64,000 nt of DNA from Saccostrea echinata (taxonomy: Eukaryota), in contig NW_026889805.1 in assembly GCF_033153115.1 (NCBI RefSeq), forward strand, positions 13,640,001-13,704,000. The letters are read 5' to 3'. Under the pieces are notes generated by a model, which was given only the letters and a program-made list of their open reading frames with translations, had not been told where the DNA came from and searched no databases. This document shows positions 58,701 through 64,000 of the stretch, piece by piece (the first letter of the stretch is position 1; the number at the start of each line of letters is the position of its first letter). The translations under genes and the position numbers were made by a program.

Positions 58701-61700
58701 TTTTCTGAAAAACTGCACATAAATAGCTTTATCAAGCTATTTTGAATAGCTTGATAAAGCTATATAGCTTTTTCAAGCTATATAGCTAAATCAAGAGATT
58801 GTGCTGGACCTGTAAAACACATAATATTTGTCATGCAAAATAATAATGAAAACATATACAAATAAATGCAAATAGTATAGTATATCTAGCTAAACCTACA
58901 AGATTCATTTATGAATCTGTGAACAGCGGCAAAAATGCCAATGTTTAACTCTAATGAAAAGTTTTCGTTGCCCCAGAGTAGTAGGTGTACATCTATGATA
59001 TCTAAATCAAGTCGAAAAAGAAGGTCAAAAAGATTATTTCGAGCATTAAGATATTTTTTACAAACAAAGAAAAAATGATAGGCATCTTCTTGTTTACCAC
59101 AAGAACAATAAGGATTGTCAATAATATTACATTTATATAAATCAGATATTGTTCAATTACCATAAACAGTTTAGAGTGCAAGGAAAAAATCATGTCAACC
59201 TATTCCTAATTTTAATGTGCATCTCCTATGTTGCAGTTATTAATTAGAACAAATAATACATCATATATTTCTCAACTGGTTGTGTTAGAATTTTACAATG
59301 CTCATCTGGAGCTGTTTATTGTATTTTTTATGAATGATAAACAATGTTACAGCCTAATAAAACATCAAAACACTAATCATTATGCTTTAATATTCTTAGA
59401 CTGTACATCTGATATCTTAGTGAGGCATAACACTGTATTTTCTATATATGATAATCTTCTTTTGTGGCCCCATCCTACTCCTGGGGGTCATGATTTGAAC
59501 AAACAAAAATCTACACTTTGTCAAAAAGCTAACATATTGTTTTATCTTTTCTGGGCTAGTGGTCAAGAAGATTTTTAAATGACCCCATCAATTTTTTTTA
59601 TTGTCTCCTCTTGAAAGAGGACATGCCTCTTCATTTGAACAAACTTGAATTCCATTTACCAAAGTATGCTTTTTGGCAAGTTTGTTTGAAACTGGCTTAG
59701 TGGTTCTGGAGAAGTCAAAAATGTAAAAGATGATGACTAAACATAGTAGGCGAATGCTAAACAACTTGATCAAGTGTGCTAAAAATGCATGACTTTCTTT
59801 GTTTTGTCATATGGTATACAATGCTTGCAATCACTGCATAAAAATTTTTACACAACCTACTTAAGTGTGTTCTGTATTTCTTCAGCAATGTTGCAACAAT
59901 TATCTCCTGAATAAAAATATAAATAACCCATTTTTTGACAATGTAGCTAAAATATTGTTAAATTATTTCCAACACTTTAAGTCTGGTTGAAATTATTGCT
60001 GGAAGGAGTTAAAAAAAAGATACCTGAGTGTATATTTAATTCTGTAACTGTAAATCTCAAACAGAAATGGTACAACTGGGCTTCTATGAATTCAGATCAG
60101 TAGCAATTGTGCCTCATCAGATGTTAATGGGTTGAAATATATATACATGAATATTTTAAAAAGTTAGGAAGGGTGTACCTCACATACTACATAATAACCC
60201 TTCTAATCATATTTTAAAGACCGACTTTCTAGTCATGCAAAGCCAAGATTTACTAATACTGATACTGAATGAGGTCGAAATTTTCTTTAAAAATTATAAA
60301 GTATACATAGAAGCACTGAACAAATTAACACGGAATTGATTCATGTATACCTTTAAAGCTGCCTCTCTCATGAACATCTTTGCTTTGTCCCCCCAGATAG
60401 CAGGCACTGTCAGGATAAAGTCTATGTCTTCCTCTGGGATGCCAACTACACTTTTCTTAATCTCCTCAAACAGGTGGTTTTTAAGGTATTTGATGCAGTG
60501 CATGAACACTGTACCAGCTTCCAGAGTCTTTCCTTTTATATCCTTGCATGGTATATGCCTGCTGACGGACTATAAAAGTAAAGTATTTTGATATCTTATC
60601 ATTTGTTATAAATTAATTTGTCTAATTTCAGTTATAATAGTGGGGAGGGTGGGCACTATAACTCAGCTTATGTATCTAAAAGCAATCTTTACACATACAC
60701 ACAAACACTAGCGACTAGAAAAAATCAAACATAAAAAAAATAAAATATCTGCAAAATTTGTCTACCACTTATATTATTGATGGTTCTTCAGCTGCATTCC
60801 ATCAGATGCAAACACATCCAAACATTTGTTAGCTCTACTAGTCAAACCCCAGAAGAGCTTTATGTGATGGTAAAGTGTCAGTCATCAATCTAGCTGTTTC
60901 TTTGTCTGTAAATATTTTTTTCATGCTACTCCTTCTACATTTCAGGTCCTGGTACTACCAACTGATGCAAAGTGGTAACTATATATAGTTAACTGCTATC
61001 TTTGATATAATACGTAGCCTATCTTCAAATATCTATGCTAGCTTTCCCTTCTGGTATAGACTCACTTAACACTAATATACATGTATCCTTCAAGACTGGA
61101 GACCTACTTTAACTGTATGCCAAGCACAGAAAATCAAGGTCAATCTTGTAAACATTCAATTTATTAAGCATATATAGATTTTTCATCTGTCCATCTTAAA
61201 ATGGCCTCTCCTTAGAGCCAGAATTAAAACAACATGAGAAACCCAGGCTCCCTGAACTCTAGTCAGAATAATTTAATTAGCTGTGTCTTAGGACTAGCTA
61301 CTTATAATTTTAAAGGTATTGTCAAATACCTGATGTTGAAGATGAACATCATTTTTTATTTGTATGTCCTCTTTATAAACAAGTAAAACAACTATGAAGT
61401 GAATTTGTACACTTTTTAACATACATCATTATATCTTATAAAATTCTTAATCCAGCAGATGTTAATTAAAACAAGAAATATTTGTGACTTAATTCAAACG
61501 TGATGCATTTAATTAACATAAGAAAATCTATGTGACTATATTTGTATACTGTATGTATTTTTACTTGCACCACATGTGGTTTTTGTCAAGAAATAAAATA
61601 AATTAAACCCAGTTCTCAGACAGTCCAAATTTTTCAAGTAGCTTTAAAACAAATAGAATGTTCTGTTCACTCTATGGACATGATCTTCCAAAATATCTCA

Positions 61701-62237
61701 TTAACAGTGATCAAACCTGCTGTACATATAAAATTTCATATATACAAAATTATTTTACTGGTTGGTGCATGCATTGATATTCATACCCCCTCCCCCGAGT
61801 TATGTCAGTTACCATGACAACTTGACATACTGTAACATGAGTAAGTACAACTTTAACCATGAAATGTAAGTAAAATGTAAGTAATGACGAAGTTAATGAA
61901 GTCAAATATCAGTATTTAGAGTACTTACCACGTCTTCGTGTAGAATCATCTTGAATCGTTGAAAGAAATAATAATTTTCATGATCTTTACTCTCCTCTGC
62001 TGTGAGTTCCGAGTACCTGTCTTCTGCTTCATAACCAAACAGCGATACGGATTGATCCTTCTTCAGAAGGAGACATGTTGGAGCCTTGTGAGAGAGGAGG
62101 GACCCTCCCTGCCAGCCGTTAGTCATAACTTTACCCCAGTCATGTTTCATTGAGAATGCATAGCCGGAATATGTAGTCCCAAAGTCAATCGCAGCCACTA
62201 TAAGCTTTTGACACTTACTAGCAATCTTTGTATCCAT
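52712..62237 (-). CDS. HSPA12: Heat shock 70 kDa protein 12 (HSPA12A/B-like) atypical Hsp70, ~581 aa, 4 exons
   Basis: Exons 61929-62237, 60351-60569, 54268-54418, 52712-53778 (1746 nt, phases consistent). Motifs: VAAIDFGTTYSGYAFS, HKAPT, LTVPAIW, IALEPEAASIYC, VLDLGGGTADIT, MVGGFSE, GLAVLKGAV, RYTYG, FGETEL. Confidence 0.94.
55013..56787 (+). mobile_element. 5'-truncated, disrupted non-LTR retrotransposon (CR1/L2-group LINE) RT region with 3' UTR and (TTA)n tail, antisense in HSPA12 intron 2
   Basis: ORF fragments 55013-55744, 55767-56099 and 56157-56618 carry NYRPISILP, QSGFR, FLDFSKAFD, GVPQGSILGPLLF..YIND, FADD and LQKRAAR. There are two reading-frame breaks and no endonuclease domain. 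The element ends AATAAAG(TAT)n at ~56757-56787. Confidence 0.9.
58131..58812. mobile_element. Non-autonomous DNA transposon with ~90-bp TIRs rich in AGCTAT repeats, HSPA12 intron 2
   Basis: CAGGTCCGGCACAATCTCTTGATTTAGCTATATAGC ... GCTATATAGCTAAATCAAGAGATTGTGCTGGACCTG; 5-bp TSD TAAAA. Confidence 0.88.
59455..59785 (-). repeat. Degenerate fragment of the family A Helentron-like/satellite element
   Basis: GTGGCCCCATCCTACTCCTGGGGGTCATGATTTGAAC and downstream sequence match 24385-25478. Confidence 0.6.
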
Positions 62238-63514
62238 TTTTATTTGGTAAACATTCTAAGATCATTGTACACTAAAACGCAAATTCGAGGAATATTTTTC
62301 TACTTTCGGTTTATTAACTGAACATGTACACAACCCAGTGGCGGATCCAAAATTTGAGGGAAAAAAATGATAGGGTCACGTTTTCCTGGCACGTAAAATA
62401 TCAAAATCGTGAAAAAAGCCCGGAAAACGTAAGATATTTCGGACTACCCTTTTGTAAAATCAGAAAATTAGGTTGCTTCTATAAAAGCTCGCATCAGCAA
62501 ACTTACTGATGTTGAAGGGGCAGTGTTAAAATACTGAAACAATATGATCCAGGCACCAAGTATTATCGTTTTTTAACGGGAAGGGGGGGGGGGCAGCCAG
62601 AAAAAAAATGACACCTTACCTGAACAAATTTTGAGAAGCAAAAAAAGAAAATAAAAAGGAAAATTGTCTAAACTCCAAAATCCTATTTCGTAGAAGGGGG
62701 TGGGGGTGGGGTGGGGGTTAACAAATATACCTTACCAAATTACCATGATTTACCTAAGCTACAACAAAAAAAAGGGGGCAGCCTTTCAAAGAACATTTTC
62801 AATAGTAAAAGGTTATGTTTGGGAAAGGGGGGGGGTATGTTTCAACAATTTTTATAAATATACATTAAATTACCATGATTTAACTCTGTTACAACAAAAT
62901 TTAAAAGTATGGGGGGGGGGGCTTTCAATGAAAATTTTCAATAGTAAAAGGTTATGTTTGAAAAAAAAAAGTCGGGGGCAGACCCCCCCCCCCCCTTTAT
63001 ATTACGTGCCTGTAATATGCCAAAAGCGTACGATCAAGCCGGACATGCATTTTAAAAAAGGCTCTGTGAAAATATTGGCACAATCAAAGCTAATTACTAA
63101 TCAAAGTAGTTTAATACTTAATTATTGGATTTGGTGTTTTATGTTATACATGCAAGTAAAATAAATGGGAACGGGTTTGCATTACATCTGCAGAGACTAG
63201 GATGCAATAAATTCTCCTAAAAATCATACAACATGCATCGACATCCTTTAAAGAACATATTAACTTCATTGAAATTATAATGTTAAAGGGGGGGGGGGGA
63301 GATTCTCTAGTTGTTGACTCTAGAGTAGGACCCCCCTCTTCCCATGGAAAGCTTAAGTAAAGCAGGGCTCCGGACCCCAAGGAAAATCCTATCATTATTT
63401 CCATTATTGCTTGCAATAATTAATGTGTAATAAAGAACTAAATTGAATTACCTATATGTATATATCTCTCTTTATAAGTGAATTCTTGTGCGCATCAATT
63501 CTATTGTTGATAAA

Positions 63515-63674
63515 CAGTCAAAACTCGCTATCTCGAACTCAATGTAATCGAAAAAAAACTTCGAGATATCCAGGATAAAATACTTAAAGAATAAGGGGTT
63601 GGGACTTACAATTCACTTCGACATATCCATGGTATCCGAGATATAAGTGTTCGAGATACCGAAGTTCAATTGTA
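63515..63674. mobile_element. Short Tc1/pogo-type MITE
   Basis: Imperfect TIRs CAGTCAAAACTCGCTATCTCGAAC / GTTCGAGATACCGAAGTTCAATTG(TA). Confidence 0.6.
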
Positions 63675-64000
63675 GTTAATTTATTTGAATACAGCAACAA
63701 TCCATTTTTGAGTGCATCGATTTAGCAAAATTGATGATACAGTTGAATGGAAGATATCAATAATTATTCGAAGAAATTTTTAAATTGAATTCTCAAGTTT
63801 TTCAAATGAATTGATGATCTCTTGATATAATTATTTAAAAGATATCTTTAATTATTTAACATAATTTTATTAATTTGGCGCTCCATATATATTTAAAGCT
63901 CGTGTAAAAACGGACTCGTCAGGAGAAACTTTTCACTTCGCGTATTTATGACTTTTTTCGCGCTATAACGCCTTCTGGGAAAAAAGTTAAATATTACGCC

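Overview
AT-rich, intron-containing animal genomic DNA. The repeat content (satellite-carrying Helentron-like elements, mollusc-type SINE) and an HSPA12 gene suggest a bivalve, probably an oyster; this is inference. I reconstructed six spliced genes by hand, with GT-AG introns and consistent phases: the 5' end of a Diaphanous formin (-), complete TDRD3 (+, 13 exons), AASDH (-, 16 exons), ANAPC10 (+, 3 coding exons), MAT2B (-, 5 exons) and an HSPA12-family Hsp70 (-, 4 exons). Introns and intergenic DNA are packed with non-autonomous transposons, many nested, plus a 5'-truncated LINE. The most notable observations are: (1) a miniature LTR retrotransposon (TRIM-like) whose LTRs carry a tRNA-derived Pol III promoter, present as one full element, one rearranged inverted copy and one solo LTR; (2) an intronic minisatellite apparently amplified from the ANAPC10 exon/5' splice-site junction, with the GT donor lost in the expanded copies; (3) an RGG-repeat expansion inside the methylarginine reader TDRD3; (4) two CAGGT-ended DNA transposons with 5-bp TSDs; (5) an 84-bp loopless palindrome near the DIAPH start. 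All calls are by eye, with no database searches.
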